This document shows positions 18,407 through 28,021 of a stretch of DNA of 64,000 nucleotides, piece after piece. The stretch lies in contig JAKLIQ010000005.1 of assembly GCA_022709525.1 (NCBI GenBank), positions 7,626 through 71,625 on the forward strand. The letters run 5' to 3'. The stretch is from Candidatus Omnitrophota bacterium. Its GTDB lineage: Bacteria > Omnitrophota > Omnitrophia > Omnitrophales > Aquincolibacteriaceae. The notes beneath the pieces are model-generated. The model saw only the letters and a list, made by a program, of their open reading frames with translations. It was not told where the DNA came from and did no database searches. Numbering within the stretch: the first letter of the stretch is position 1; each line of letters starts with the position of its first letter. The translations under genes and the position numbers were made by a program.

Positions 18407-20920
18407 TCAGACATGGTCCGCCTCGCTCGATTTCTTGACGCCGTTTGGGAACTTCCGGGAAAGAGTCTCGAGAACCTTGATATGAGAATAATCCGGATGT
18501 TCTTTCCGGAGCCGCGTCTCCTCGGCAAGATCCAAAGCGTCCGTCGTCGCCGCCCAGTACTCGAGCGCGCTTGGCTCAAGACGGGCAATAACGCTTTTAT
18601 CGTCGAATTTGATGAACACTTCCGAGTACCGGCCCGGTCTTACCTCAAGTTCTCCGGCCGCTTTGATCTCGTTTTCGTTTAGCCCAAAAAGCGAGAGCTT
18701 CTCGTGGCCTTCTTTAAGACGCAGAATATATTTAACCGGAGAGTTATTGATCATGACGCTCGCGATGGATGCCTCAAGAAAGTCCGTGGGATTTTGAGAA
18801 ATCGAAAGAACTGCAGCGTTCATTTTCCGGGCGGTCCGGTAAAAGGTCTCGACAAGGTCCGTTCCTTGCGTCTCTTTAAGGAGCTGCCAACATTCATCGA
18901 GCACAAGCATCTTCTTTAGATTCAGGTTTTCGAATTTACGGCGGAGCGCGAACGGAATAATGAGAAGCAGGATTTCCTGAAGCTCGGGATACTGCGAGAT
19001 CTTCCGGAGATCAAAGACCGTAAAGCGCGCGTTAAAATCGAACACCCCACGCCGGTTCAGGATCTTCCCGTACTCGCCTTCCGTAAAAAGCGTGAGTTCT
19101 TTCGCGAACTGATAAGCCTTTTTCTGGTCGTCTTCATCCCCCAGCTTGAAATTGCGAAGGTATTTTTCGAGGTCCCCAAGAAGCGGGGCGTCTTGCTCCC
19201 CGAGATTCCGGTAAACCTCCAGAATCACGCGTTCCAGGATCATCTTTTCGCTGGAGGACCACTCCCGTTTCGGGGCGATCATCTGCTGAAGCAGCTCTTT
19301 CAGGAACTGAATGAAAGTCGCGTCCGCTCCTCCCTCCGGGAAAAGAACTGCTTTGGCAGGAAAAGGATTCAGAGCGAATTTTTCGGAACATTCCACTTCG
19401 AGATAAGACCCGCCCAAAACGCCGGCGAGTTTGCGGTAACTGCCGCCAAGATCGATCACGATCACTTCATGGTCCAAAGATTCGATCAAAAAATGAAGAA
19501 GTAAGTGATTCGTGAAAAAACTTTTTCCGCTCCCGGTTGTGCCGAGCATGACGCTATGTTTCGCCTGGAGTTTGGCGTCGAAAAGATCGAGACGTAACGG
19601 TTCACTGTGGTAGGTCTTTAGAAGAAGACCGATCCGCTCCGTCCCTCTCCAACTTGCCTGAAGCGGAAGAAGATGCGTCAGGACTTCGGATCGGACAATA
19701 AAGGCCAGAGGATTCTCATCGCCCTGAAGAGGAAGAAACGAAAGAAACAAACGGTCATGGTTCATGTGATCTTCGATCCCTTGCGCGTCCCCAAGATCCC
19801 GGAACGCGCGGAGCGCCTGCTTCGAAGACCGGACGCTTTCTTCCAAGGTCTCAGCGCGCACCATCACAGAGAACGAAACGTAAAAGAGTTTGTCCGAGCT
19901 TTGAGCGATCTCGGTCAAAAGTTCGTCCGTTTCCCCGGCCTGAGCGAGCGCGTCATGATCTTTCGAACGGGAGTAAAAAGTCTTTGCTCTCGCGAAGTTC
20001 CCGTACCGCCGAATCTCGGATTTTTCCTTGTCCTGGTCCGGGACCTCGAACGTGACCGTAAAAAAATAGTCCTTTCCAAGCGCATGTTCGAAATCTTTCA
20101 TGGATTTTAGGGTCGTGGATTCGGGAAGCCGGAGCAGGTTTAACGTACGGTAAAAATAATGATCGAGATAGAAGTGATCGTATTCAAGGCGCGGCGGATG
20201 AACCGTTAAACGGCTGCGAAGGCTTGACGGATCGGATTCGCTCGCTTCAAGGTTCGATTCCCCAAAAGGAACGAACTCTTCGGAATAAGATGGGTTCAGG
20301 AACTCATATAAATACTGGAGTAGTTCCGAATCGGAAAGCGCGCGAATCTCGAACCCGAGAGCGCGGAAACTTTCCTCGATCTCACTCGAGAGCGCGTGAA
20401 GCGTTTCTCTTGAAGCGCTATATTCAAGTTCGGATAAGCGGTGCGCTTTTTTCCCGAACGCAACGGACAGGTCCGGAAGAAAGGACGAGCGTGGTTTCTT
20501 GCCGTCCGGGTGAATCACCACAAACAAAAAAACTTCCCTTTTAAGAAGCGGGCGTTTCCGGTACGCGTCGAGTTTCGCGTCAAGAAACGTTTTCCCAAGC
20601 GGGATCTCGCTTTGGATCGAGGACGCGTATTCCTTAAGCGAACCCTCATCCCCGCTCTCGGAATGGACCACGAAATGAAGCGTCGCGCCTTCGGGGAGCG
20701 CGTTTAGGAACTTGCGCATCTTTCTCTCGAAATCCTCGATCTCGGCTTCGCTCCCCAGGAGTAGATCTTTCCCTCCGAACCGGAAACCACGGGCCATGGA
20801 TCCGCTCACCCCGAGCAGTATGCCGTCCTCGAGATCATAAAGATCGATCTCCCGTAAAAAGGAAGGGCGGGTTTCTCTTTGGATAAGATCGCGGGTCTTG
20901 AGAAGAAGGTTCGTTTTCAT
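18407..20920 (-). CDS. trbE: T4SS ATPase TrbE/VirB4
   Basis: VirB4-type Walker A (MLGTTGSGKSFF) and Walker B (KKMLVLDECWQLL). ~835 aa. ATG at 20918-20920. Confidence 0.9.
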   Translation of the reverse strand: MKTNLLLKTRDLIQRETRPSFLREIDLYDLEDGILLGVSGSMARGFRFGGKDLLLGSEAEIEDFERKMRKFLNALPEGATLHFVVHSESGDEGSLKEYASSIQSEIPLGKTFLDAKLDAYRKRPLLKREVFLFVVIHPDGKKPRSSFLPDLSVAFGKKAHRLSELEYSASRETLHALSSEIEESFRALGFEIRALSDSELLQYLYEFLNPSYSEEFVPFGESNLEASESDPSSLRSRLTVHPPRLEYDHFYLDHYFYRTLNLLRLPESTTLKSMKDFEHALGKDYFFTVTFEVPDQDKEKSEIRRYGNFARAKTFYSRSKDHDALAQAGETDELLTEIAQSSDKLFYVSFSVMVRAETLEESVRSSKQALRAFRDLGDAQGIEDHMNHDRLFLSFLPLQGDENPLAFIVRSEVLTHLLPLQASWRGTERIGLLLKTYHSEPLRLDLFDAKLQAKHSVMLGTTGSGKSFFTNHLLLHFLIESLDHEVIVIDLGGSYRKLAGVLGGSYLEVECSEKFALNPFPAKAVLFPEGGADATFIQFLKELLQQMIAPKREWSSSEKMILERVILEVYRNLGEQDAPLLGDLEKYLRNFKLGDEDDQKKAYQFAKELTLFTEGEYGKILNRRGVFDFNARFTVFDLRKISQYPELQEILLLIIPFALRRKFENLNLKKMLVLDECWQLLKETQGTDLVETFYRTARKMNAAVLSISQNPTDFLEASIASVMINNSPVKYILRLKEGHEKLSLFGLNENEIKAAGELEVRPGRYSEVFIKFDDKSVIARLEPSALEYWAATTDALDLAEETRLRKEHPDYSHIKVLETLSRKFPNGVKKSSEADHV

Positions 20921-21195
20921 TTGGGAAGCTCCTCTTTTCGTTCCCGTCTCGAGAAATATTTCCGGGGACGGAGTAGGAACCGCATCACCGATCCCGCCCA
21001 ATGCGGAGCCTTCCCCTTTTTATAGAACCGCAACACCAGATACGCGCCGGACACGAGCGCGAGATTAAGGAGCAGGTTCGTGGAAAAGACGAACACCACG
21101 AGATAAATCACGAGCAGGATCAAAAGATCCAGGAACTCGAGCCCGAAAATCTTGTTTTTGCTCTGGATCTTCGTGAAACCTTTCAGTGTTTTCAT
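20917..21195 (-). CDS. trbD: T4SS TrbD/VirB3-like small membrane protein
   Basis: 92 aa with one or two TM helices. Immediately upstream of and overlapping the VirB4 start. Confidence 0.55.
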   Translation of the reverse strand: MKTLKGFTKIQSKNKIFGLEFLDLLILLVIYLVVFVFSTNLLLNLALVSGAYLVLRFYKKGKAPHWAGSVMRFLLRPRKYFSRRERKEELPK

Positions 21196-21206
21196 TTACA
21201 GCCTCC

Positions 21207-21542
21207 TTAAAAATGCGCGATGTGCGTGATGAAATCGAGGATCGCGCGGGAAAGTAAAATGAGCGCTCCGCCGCCTGCGGCAAGCGCGCCGCGCTGCATA
21301 GCCCGCTCATCGCCAAGCGCCATCCCGACCCCAGCCACGCCGACCCCGATCACAAGCACCGCCGGTCCGACCGTCCGGATCAGGAAATCGCCGACACCCT
21401 CGAGAAACGCTCCTAAATCCGATTCCGAGGTCGCTTCGGCGTACGCGACCTGAGCTTGAATCAGCAGGAACAATCCGAACAGGGCCAGCTTTTGAATTTT
21501 TGGACCAATACTTTTTCCATTCACGTTCTTTACCCTCCTCAT
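21207..21542 (-). CDS. trbC: T4SS pilin TrbC/VirB2-like
   Basis: About 110 aa from MRRVKN. Signal/leader, then two hydrophobic helices (GVGVAGVGMALG...AAGGGALILL) typical of VirB2 pilins. Start coordinate approximate, within a few nt. Confidence 0.55.
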   Translation of the reverse strand: MRRVKNVNGKSIGPKIQKLALFGLFLLIQAQVAYAEATSESDLGAFLEGVGDFLIRTVGPAVLVIGVGVAGVGMALGDERAMQRGALAAGGGALILLSRAILDFITHIAHF

Positions 21543-21627
21543 AAAGTGAGGGGAGAGTTGCCTTAAACCCCTGGGGTAGCCGCGAATCGCGACGCTCACA
21601 AATAAATTTGAATGGGTGGCATCTCCC

Positions 21628-21680
21628 CTCAAAGTATTGGGCCAAAACGGCCCTGTCCGGAATAGGTTCCCACAGGTTTT
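21628..21680 (-). promoter_or_regulatory. Conserved island promoter-like element, copy B
   Basis: Same ~53-bp element. About 86 bp upstream of the trbC-like start, immediately downstream of the sigma-region-4 regulator gene. Confidence 0.5.
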
Positions 21681-22182
21681 ATGGATTTTCCCGAGAGAAA
21701 ATTTTTTTTCGGATCCGGTTAAGCATGTCTTCCACGCCCCGGAGAGTCAGTCCCAGCCGGTTCGCGATCTCCGGACAAGAGAGCCGCTCCTCAAACCGAA
21801 GCTGGACCATGAGTCTCTGTTTTTCCGTGAGATCACAGGTATTGAGAAATTGCTTGATCCGATCTCTCTCATAAGCGCGCTTGAAAGCTTTTAAAGCGCT
21901 GGTCCTAAGAGACGAGACGCGGCGAAGCGTAACACCAAGCCGGTCCGCGATCTCAATGTCCGGAAGTTCTTCAACGTACGCGAGATGGAACCAGGCTTTC
22001 TGTTTCTCGGTCAAAGCCTTCTCCACCAGATCCCTTAACGTATTTCGAACTTCCTCGGACCGGTTTTCTTCTTCCTCCTTTCTCGCGAGCTCCTCAAAAG
22101 GACTCGAAACACAGGCGATTTTTTCTCTCACTTTCAATTCAAAGTGCGTGAGCGCTTCTCCATTTGCGTCTTCCACGCGCAT
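21679..22182 (-). CDS. Small transcription regulator with two tandem sigma-70 region-4-like HTH domains
   Basis: Two repeats of the sigma-4/LuxR-like pattern (LTEKQKAWFHLAYVEELPDIEIADRLGVTLRRVSSLRTSALKAFKR and LTEKQRLMVQLRFEERLSCPEIANRLGLTLRGVEDMLNRIRKKI). No sigma region 2 seen. Start uncertain: ATG at 22182 or TTG at 22332. Confidence 0.55.
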   Translation of the reverse strand: MRVEDANGEALTHFELKVREKIACVSSPFEELARKEEEENRSEEVRNTLRDLVEKALTEKQKAWFHLAYVEELPDIEIADRLGVTLRRVSSLRTSALKAFKRAYERDRIKQFLNTCDLTEKQRLMVQLRFEERLSCPEIANRLGLTLRGVEDMLNRIRKKIFSRENP

Positions 22183-22923
22183 GAAATCGATCGCCCTTGT
22201 TCTTGATTTGATTCGTTCATGTTTTTCCTCCTCAGTTTCCTCGACATTGTTTTTGTTTTCATTTTCGTTTTCGTTTGGTATTGACACAGCGGTGTCCTTT
22301 CCGCCGTGCGAGGAACTAGAATGAGGACACAAAAAAAACGGGCAACCCGGTAAGAGGCTGCCCGTTTCAAGAAAAGAGGCCTTAAAAACAAAAAAAGATT
22401 TTTAAGACCGCGAAGTATGCGAAGACACCATGCCCTATGGAAGGAATCCCAGGATAGGGATCACCGATCGAAAAAGAGAGAATGGATCGTGGGAAGAACT
22501 AGGATCCGGAGTCTGACAGAGTCAGCAAAGTGGAGCGGAGCTGGAAATGAGGGGAAAAGGGATTGGAGGCACACTACAACCCGAACGCGAACAACCCTTC
22601 CGCGTTGCCGTGTCTAGACTCACACGGCCGTGAGTTATAGTCTGCATACGTCGAGACGCATTCGCGTCTCGCCTCCAACTATAGGTGGTTCTTTATGTCA
22701 TGCGTGGATGCCTCATATCACCCACCGCAAACGTTCTGAAAAAAGGGACGCTTTTTTCAGAGTGCCCGATTGGGCAAAGGAACTGTACCCGATGAAATTC
22801 TTTTTTGCAAGGGACGGCAGAAATTTTTCCGGAAATGATAAAACATGATCAAAATTGCGCGGAACCCCATAGAAAAGGGTAGAATTATTAGCCGATTTTA
22901 GACAAAAAAAAGAAGGATTTTCG

Positions 22924-22968
22924 GGGAGAGGAGCCAGTCGCTTCAGAAACACTCGCTGCCTCTCCCCG
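22924..22968 (-). terminator. Stem-loop (GGGGAGAGG...CCTCTCCCC) followed by a T-run on the minus strand
   Basis: 9-bp perfect inverted repeat just downstream of the 22977-23360 gene. TTTTTTTT begins about 12 nt after the stem on the minus strand. Confidence 0.3.
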
Positions 22969-22976
22969 ATTCTCCA

Positions 22977-23360
22977 TTACCTTCGGAACCACCGCTCGAT
23001 ATCGTTTTTAATCGAGCGAACCGTGTAATCCCACGATCTCACTTGGGACTGACCGGTTCGGATCTGACTTTGCAAAGTCTCGTTTCTTTCGCGGTAAAGA
23101 GGAACAGTTACTTGCGGATTAGACTCGTAAGCCGTTCCTGCTCCATACTGCGGCGGGATTGAAACGCGGGGTTCGGATGTCTTTTGACTTTCCCGATAAG
23201 TTTTTAAAAGACAGCCGCCTCCCAGCAAATACAAAGTCACGCAAAAGATGAACAAACGAAGAAACATCTGGAATATCCATTGCGCGAGAATCGAAACGAC
23301 CCGTTTATACCAGGCCCAGGCTTTTCCGAGCACGTCAAGAACGTAACCTCTCATTTTCAT
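22977..23360 (-). CDS. Hypothetical membrane protein
   Basis: One strong TM helix (VTLYLLGGGCLLKTY). No domain recognised. Confidence 0.35.
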   Translation of the reverse strand: MKMRGYVLDVLGKAWAWYKRVVSILAQWIFQMFLRLFIFCVTLYLLGGGCLLKTYRESQKTSEPRVSIPPQYGAGTAYESNPQVTVPLYRERNETLQSQIRTGQSQVRSWDYTVRSIKNDIERWFRR

Positions 23361-23766
23361 CACCCCTTCTTTTATGTTGATTTTTCAATGTTTGAATTTC
23401 TCGAATTTCCACCTGCCCTCTCTCAGCCATTTCCTGAATTCTTTTTGTTCGCGCCGGGTCTCGATCACCGCGCAAAGAATGATTCCGGGAATGACGATAA
23501 AAAGCAGGATGATCCAATCGGTTTCAGTCACGGCGGATCACCTCCCCCTTTTCCTTGATTTTTCTCACGAAGATTTGTTTGAGCCGGGGAAACGGGACAT
23601 GGACCCAGTAGATCCTGGGCTTCCCCGTGAACTCGGTAAGACGATCGGTGTAGTAACTGCGGTCATCGGTCTCTATAAGAACCTCGTGCATAACAAGCTC
23701 CTTTCGAATGGAAAAAGCGGGAGGTACCGCGAAGCGCCTCCCGCTCATTGAAGTGACAGGTTGATA

Positions 23767-24387
23767 TCAGCGGTCCAGTTCGAAACCGATCCCGAAGCCA
23801 AGCGTCTGCTCGCAAAGGATCCGGGCATCCGCCCAATGTTGGGTTTCGCCGTCCGAATGGACCGAGATTTTTTCTTTCAGATGATGTTTCGCAATGACGA
23901 GAAACGCGGTGACCGCGAGGTCGTAGGGTTTATACGCGGTCTTGCAGAAATTGAATTGCCAGCCCGCGCCGTTTTCCTCGGTGGGATGCGAATCGAACCT
24001 GGTGCGGCGGTCTTCCGGAAGAACTCGCGGGAACCAGCAGGTCTCGTGGCTGCAATCCCCGGAGCAGGTCCTCTTATCGATCGTCGCGCCGCCAAACCAG
24101 GAGCCGTTCTGGACATCTTCACGCCAGGGGTTCGCGATACCCGCGGCATTTTGAGAAGGCCACGCGATCCCAAGCTCATAAGAGGCCGGGTGCCCGCATT
24201 TCTCAAGACCGTTAAAAGAAATCTCGGTCTTGTCGATCACGGGCTCCCCTGAGCCGTTGTCGCCGGCAAGCGTAATGCCTAGCTTCTCAAAAACAGGCAG
24301 TAACTTCTTAAAATCCGAAGCGATGCGCTCGAATACTTTCTCTTCGATTGCTTTATCCTTCCGGTACCAATAATGTGTGTATCCCAT
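23767..24387 (-). CDS. Hypothetical protein
   Basis: 206-aa ORF, ATG with upstream purine-rich tract. Cys/His/Trp-rich. No domain recognised. Confidence 0.4.
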   Translation of the reverse strand: MGYTHYWYRKDKAIEEKVFERIASDFKKLLPVFEKLGITLAGDNGSGEPVIDKTEISFNGLEKCGHPASYELGIAWPSQNAAGIANPWREDVQNGSWFGGATIDKRTCSGDCSHETCWFPRVLPEDRRTRFDSHPTEENGAGWQFNFCKTAYKPYDLAVTAFLVIAKHHLKEKISVHSDGETQHWADARILCEQTLGFGIGFELDR

Positions 24388-24485
24388 TTTCTTTTTCCTC
24401 CTGAAAAAGAAAAAGCGGAACGCATACTTCTCGTTCCGCTTTTCCAGCGTTTTGAAATATTGAGATGTTTGAAATTACTAACGAT

Positions 24486-24947
24486 TTAACAGATCCTGAA
24501 TCCCCCGGACTCGATGGCGAAATCCGCGAAATCTTTTACGTTTTCTTCGTTGAACGGGTAATGCGCGGCCCAGGGGCGTTTCTTCCCTTTCCCTTCGCAG
24601 CCGTTGCAATCCCCTTTCACGAATTCATCATTGCGTTTGCCTGTGCCCGCGCAAAGATCGCAGCGCTCATCCGGCATGGCATCAAGATGCTTTTGATATC
24701 CTTCAGCGAATCTCTTCACCTCTTTTTGATCGAGCAGAAATCTGAGACGAAGCCCGATCTCGCGCGCTTTCCGTTCAGAGATCAGCACCCCGTTATTGAA
24801 TCCTCCGGCTTCGATTTCTTTATGGGTCAGGATGTCCTGGCACTGTTTGGCCACATACCCCCATAACGGGTGCCACCACCAGACGTTATTTCTAAAATAC
24901 TCGCCCTTCTCCGTTTTTGGATCGTTTCCCACAACGTCAAATCCCAT
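24486..24947 (-). CDS. Hypothetical Cys-rich protein
   Basis: 153 aa, with CDLCAGTGK...CNGCEGKGK paired CxxC motifs. AGGAGGA RBS upstream. Confidence 0.4.
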   Translation of the reverse strand: MGFDVVGNDPKTEKGEYFRNNVWWWHPLWGYVAKQCQDILTHKEIEAGGFNNGVLISERKAREIGLRLRFLLDQKEVKRFAEGYQKHLDAMPDERCDLCAGTGKRNDEFVKGDCNGCEGKGKKRPWAAHYPFNEENVKDFADFAIESGGFRIC

Positions 24948-25032
24948 CGGAATCCTCCTTTTAAAAATAAAAAAGAGAAGGACCGAAGCCCTTCTCTCGC
25001 TAAATGTTTTTGGTTTTAAAAGGACGCTGAAT

Positions 25033-25422
25033 TTATTGGAATTTCTTCCAGCGCCAGACGACGTTCGTTACATTCACCTCAATCTCTTTTTGCTCCAGAT
25101 ACCGGCACCGCCTCGCAAGCTCAAGAGCGGCCTCACGACCTTTCTCCGAAAAAGCGAACGAGATGTCGAAATGCTCCACGTGCTTGCCGCGCCAATGGAC
25201 GAATCCTTCGTGATTGATGGTCAAAAACTCGATGCCATGGAGATAAGGTTTTTGATACTTACCCGAAGACACTTCCGCAAAAAGCTCCCGGAACTTTTCC
25301 TGGCCTTTTTCGTTCAGGAATCCGTTGACCGCGTTTTCCACAAGCCACAAGTGCTCGGGAGAGAGGTCATCCCCATCCTTCGTTTTTCTTAAAATGTCAC
25401 AGGCCATATCGCATTCATTCAT
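25033..25422 (-). CDS. Hypothetical protein
   Basis: 129-aa ORF with a clean ATG. No domain recognised. Confidence 0.4.
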   Translation of the reverse strand: MNECDMACDILRKTKDGDDLSPEHLWLVENAVNGFLNEKGQEKFRELFAEVSSGKYQKPYLHGIEFLTINHEGFVHWRGKHVEHFDISFAFSEKGREAALELARRCRYLEQKEIEVNVTNVVWRWKKFQ

Positions 25423-25521
25423 AAGCAGCCCTCCTTCACGAGATTGGAATTTGAAATGAAAAAGGGACGCGCTGAAGCATCCCTTTCAAGAAGATGATTG
25501 AAACGACAGGACTTAAAACTC

Positions 25522-26163
25522 TTAGATTTCGACCGCGACCTTCACGGTCTTCGCAACCTTAATCTCCTGTTCCTTGATTTGGTGGGATTTGGCGAAATCC
25601 AAGAACGCTTTCACCGCGCGTTCGCAGGTCTCGTCAAAGTCTTTGATCAAAATTACGCGTTTCCTGAGATCCTCGTAATTCATGGATTCGAAATCCTGAT
25701 CGTCATCGGTCCCAAGGCCGGGCTGCATGTAAACCTGCCAAAGTGGTGCCGTGAGCCGTTTCAAAGTCCCGCCGCAGCCGCTCACATGACAGGGCTCCTC
25801 GGTCTCATACCAGGTTGGGATCAGACAGGTATCGCACCGCGTTTTGTAACCGGAATCTTTCTTCCCGCCTCGGTAAAGAACCAGATACCCGCCGCTTCTG
25901 CCGTTTTGACTGATCTGCCACTCGTAATCGTGGCGAACGCCAAACTCATGAAGCGCGGCCGAGAAATCATCGAAGGCCTCCGCAATCTCCAGCATTTCAA
26001 AACAGCGGGATTCGGTCTCCCGGTCAAGTCTAAGCCGGTGAATTTTGATATTCCGGGCATAACTTGTCGCCCGGTTCCACGAATTCATCGTGGGATACCT
26101 GAAATGATTTTTCAAAAACTCGATCATCTCGAGCTTTGATCTTGGAGATGGTGTTCTACTCAT
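25522..26163 (-). CDS. Hypothetical protein
   Basis: 213-aa ORF with a clean ATG. Contains CDTC...CHVSGCGG, a possible Zn-binding site. Confidence 0.4.
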   Translation of the reverse strand: MSRTPSPRSKLEMIEFLKNHFRYPTMNSWNRATSYARNIKIHRLRLDRETESRCFEMLEIAEAFDDFSAALHEFGVRHDYEWQISQNGRSGGYLVLYRGGKKDSGYKTRCDTCLIPTWYETEEPCHVSGCGGTLKRLTAPLWQVYMQPGLGTDDDQDFESMNYEDLRKRVILIKDFDETCERAVKAFLDFAKSHQIKEQEIKVAKTVKVAVEI

Positions 26164-26183
26164 GGGTTCCTCCTAAACTTGAT

Positions 26184-26396
26184 TTAAAGTTCCGTCACTT
26201 CATGCGTCGAGGACGGATAGAAAATGATTTTCTTGCCCTCGACTCCGATTGAGATTTTTGTCTCATCAAGGAGCGGGCTGAAACTGTTCCCCTCTTCATC
26301 CGAAGCAAGCCACACCTCGAATTCTTTTTTGATGGTCCCTTGCCCGCACAAGAAGCCAAGAACTTCCACTAATCCCTTCACGCTAAGCGGTTTCAT
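26184..26396 (-). CDS. Hypothetical small protein
   Basis: 70 aa from MKPLSVKGL, with GGAGG RBS 6-10 nt upstream. Overlaps the 3' end of the VWA gene reading frame region. Confidence 0.3.
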   Translation of the reverse strand: MKPLSVKGLVEVLGFLCGQGTIKKEFEVWLASDEEGNSFSPLLDETKISIGVEGKKIIFYPSSTHEVTEL

Positions 26397-26467
26397 AAAA
26401 TTGCCTCCATAAAAGCGAACGGGCGGGAGTTTCGTCCCGCCCGGTTCAGTTGATTTACCTTCACTCT

Positions 26468-27559
26468 TCATTTTTCCTGAGGAAGTTTCAGGACTTTCCC
26501 GAACTTCCCTGAAAAATTCCCGTCCGGGGTCAGGCACCAGAGCGTCGAATATTTCGAGCGTTCCGGATAATCCCCTTCTCCATCCGTGAGATAAAGAAGT
26601 GCGTCGGGCCGGAGTTTTTCGGCGAGATCAAAGACCGGCCTGAAACTCGTGCCGCCGCGACCCGATACCGCTTTGGGTCTGGTTTTGTAGCGGTAAACGT
26701 TCCCGATCTTTGAGTCGCATTCGGCGACCGTGATATCCATGCCGAGCGCTTTAATCTTCTCAATTTCCGCGAAGAAAAGAGCAAGCTCCCGGTCGCTTAC
26801 GCTGCCGCTCGTATCAAGCCCGATCAGGAGCTTGAGTTTCTGCTCCACTTTCTGGCCCGGAAATTCCTCGAATCGCCGGTTCGGGCGCTTCCTCGAAAGA
26901 ATCGAGCGGACAAGCGTGGCGTGAATCAGGAAACGCTCAAGGACGCTTTTCCAATTCACTTTGGAGCCTTTCAAGAATTCCTTCAGTTCCTCGCTCATAT
27001 TCCCGGGAAGAGAGCCGTAATCCTCGGTCTCATCAAGAGAGATCTTGATGGCGCGCCTTAAGAACTCCTGCTGATACTCAGGATCGGATTCCCCCTCCGA
27101 ATCTTCCCAAAGCTCGTGATCATCGAGCATGGACTCACCCGCTTTCGCGATCTTTGTGGCGAGTTTTTCCGAGTTCTCGCAGAGTTTCTTGTAATACCAT
27201 TCCGCGGTCTGTTCATCCTCAAACCCGAAAAGCTTAGGAAGCAGCGCGATCTTCGGAAGGTTCTCGATATAGGTGTTGATGGCAAGATCGCAGGCGATAT
27301 TAAAGATCCTGTGGTTTTTGCCATCGCCCCGGAAAAGATGAAGATGCAATAGATGCAGCACTTCATGCTCCAAGCACGCGACCCGTTCGTCGAACGCGAG
27401 CCCCTCGAGAAACCTCGGATTGAAATAGAGATTGATGCGCTCGCGAATGTTCACACCAAGCGTCGGGATCTTCTCGGTCTCGATCCGGTTCATCTGCTGG
27501 ATGAAATGCGCGTAAAACGGTTTTGTTTGTACCAGTGAAACGACCATTTCTTCAATCAT
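26468..27559 (-). CDS. VWA-domain protein with N-terminal HExxH metallopeptidase-like domain (DUF2201-like), MoxR partner
   Basis: HEVLHLLHLH motif near the N-terminus. C-terminal VWA/MIDAS-like block (LIGLDTSGSVSD...LYLTDGEGDY). ATG at 27557-27559. Confidence 0.7.
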   Translation of the reverse strand: MIEEMVVSLVQTKPFYAHFIQQMNRIETEKIPTLGVNIRERINLYFNPRFLEGLAFDERVACLEHEVLHLLHLHLFRGDGKNHRIFNIACDLAINTYIENLPKIALLPKLFGFEDEQTAEWYYKKLCENSEKLATKIAKAGESMLDDHELWEDSEGESDPEYQQEFLRRAIKISLDETEDYGSLPGNMSEELKEFLKGSKVNWKSVLERFLIHATLVRSILSRKRPNRRFEEFPGQKVEQKLKLLIGLDTSGSVSDRELALFFAEIEKIKALGMDITVAECDSKIGNVYRYKTRPKAVSGRGGTSFRPVFDLAEKLRPDALLYLTDGEGDYPERSKYSTLWCLTPDGNFSGKFGKVLKLPQEK

Positions 27560-27935
27560 GGTGTCTTCCTCCTTTTGCGTCAAAATAGACAGCTCTATCT
27601 TTTGCAACCCGTTCGAAACCAATAAACATAACTTTCCCTTCTCCGACCTCAAGAGCCCAGCTGTCATCGCGCTCTTCCCCGGAAGCATCGATCCAGCCAG
27701 ACGCGCACTTTGGAAAGGCGCGAACGATCGCCATCACGAACCGCTGAAATTCCTCGTGATAGTTTTTCCAGTTCGCGAAAATCTCAAGACGGTAGCCGTC
27801 CTTGTCTTGCTCGATCCGGATCTCCCCGGAAGAATCGGGGAAACGCCGGCGAACGATATTCCGAAGATGTTTTCCGTCCTTTTCCGATAATCCCGGAAGA
27901 TCGATGCTTCCATTAAAATCCGTGTAATAACCCAT
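27552..27935 (-). CDS. Hypothetical protein
   Basis: 127-aa ORF between the MoxR and VWA genes, translationally coupled. The two ATG calls overlap by 8 nt. Confidence 0.4.
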   Translation of the reverse strand: MGYYTDFNGSIDLPGLSEKDGKHLRNIVRRRFPDSSGEIRIEQDKDGYRLEIFANWKNYHEEFQRFVMAIVRAFPKCASGWIDASGEERDDSWALEVGEGKVMFIGFERVAKDRAVYFDAKGGRHHD

Positions 27936-28021
27936 TTCGATACACCTCCTTCAAGATGAATAAACACAAAAAAGGCGGAGAGAACCGAAGCTCATCCCCG
28001 CCTTTTATGTTTTTAATACGG

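Noticed and set aside
18280-18588. 102-aa ORF overlapping trbE 3' end
   Set aside because: Most of it overlaps VirB4 out of frame. Only a possible ~44-aa C-terminal membrane peptide could be real (mentioned in findings), not the full ORF.
19673-20110. 145-aa plus-strand ORF
   Set aside because: Antisense to trbE/virB4.
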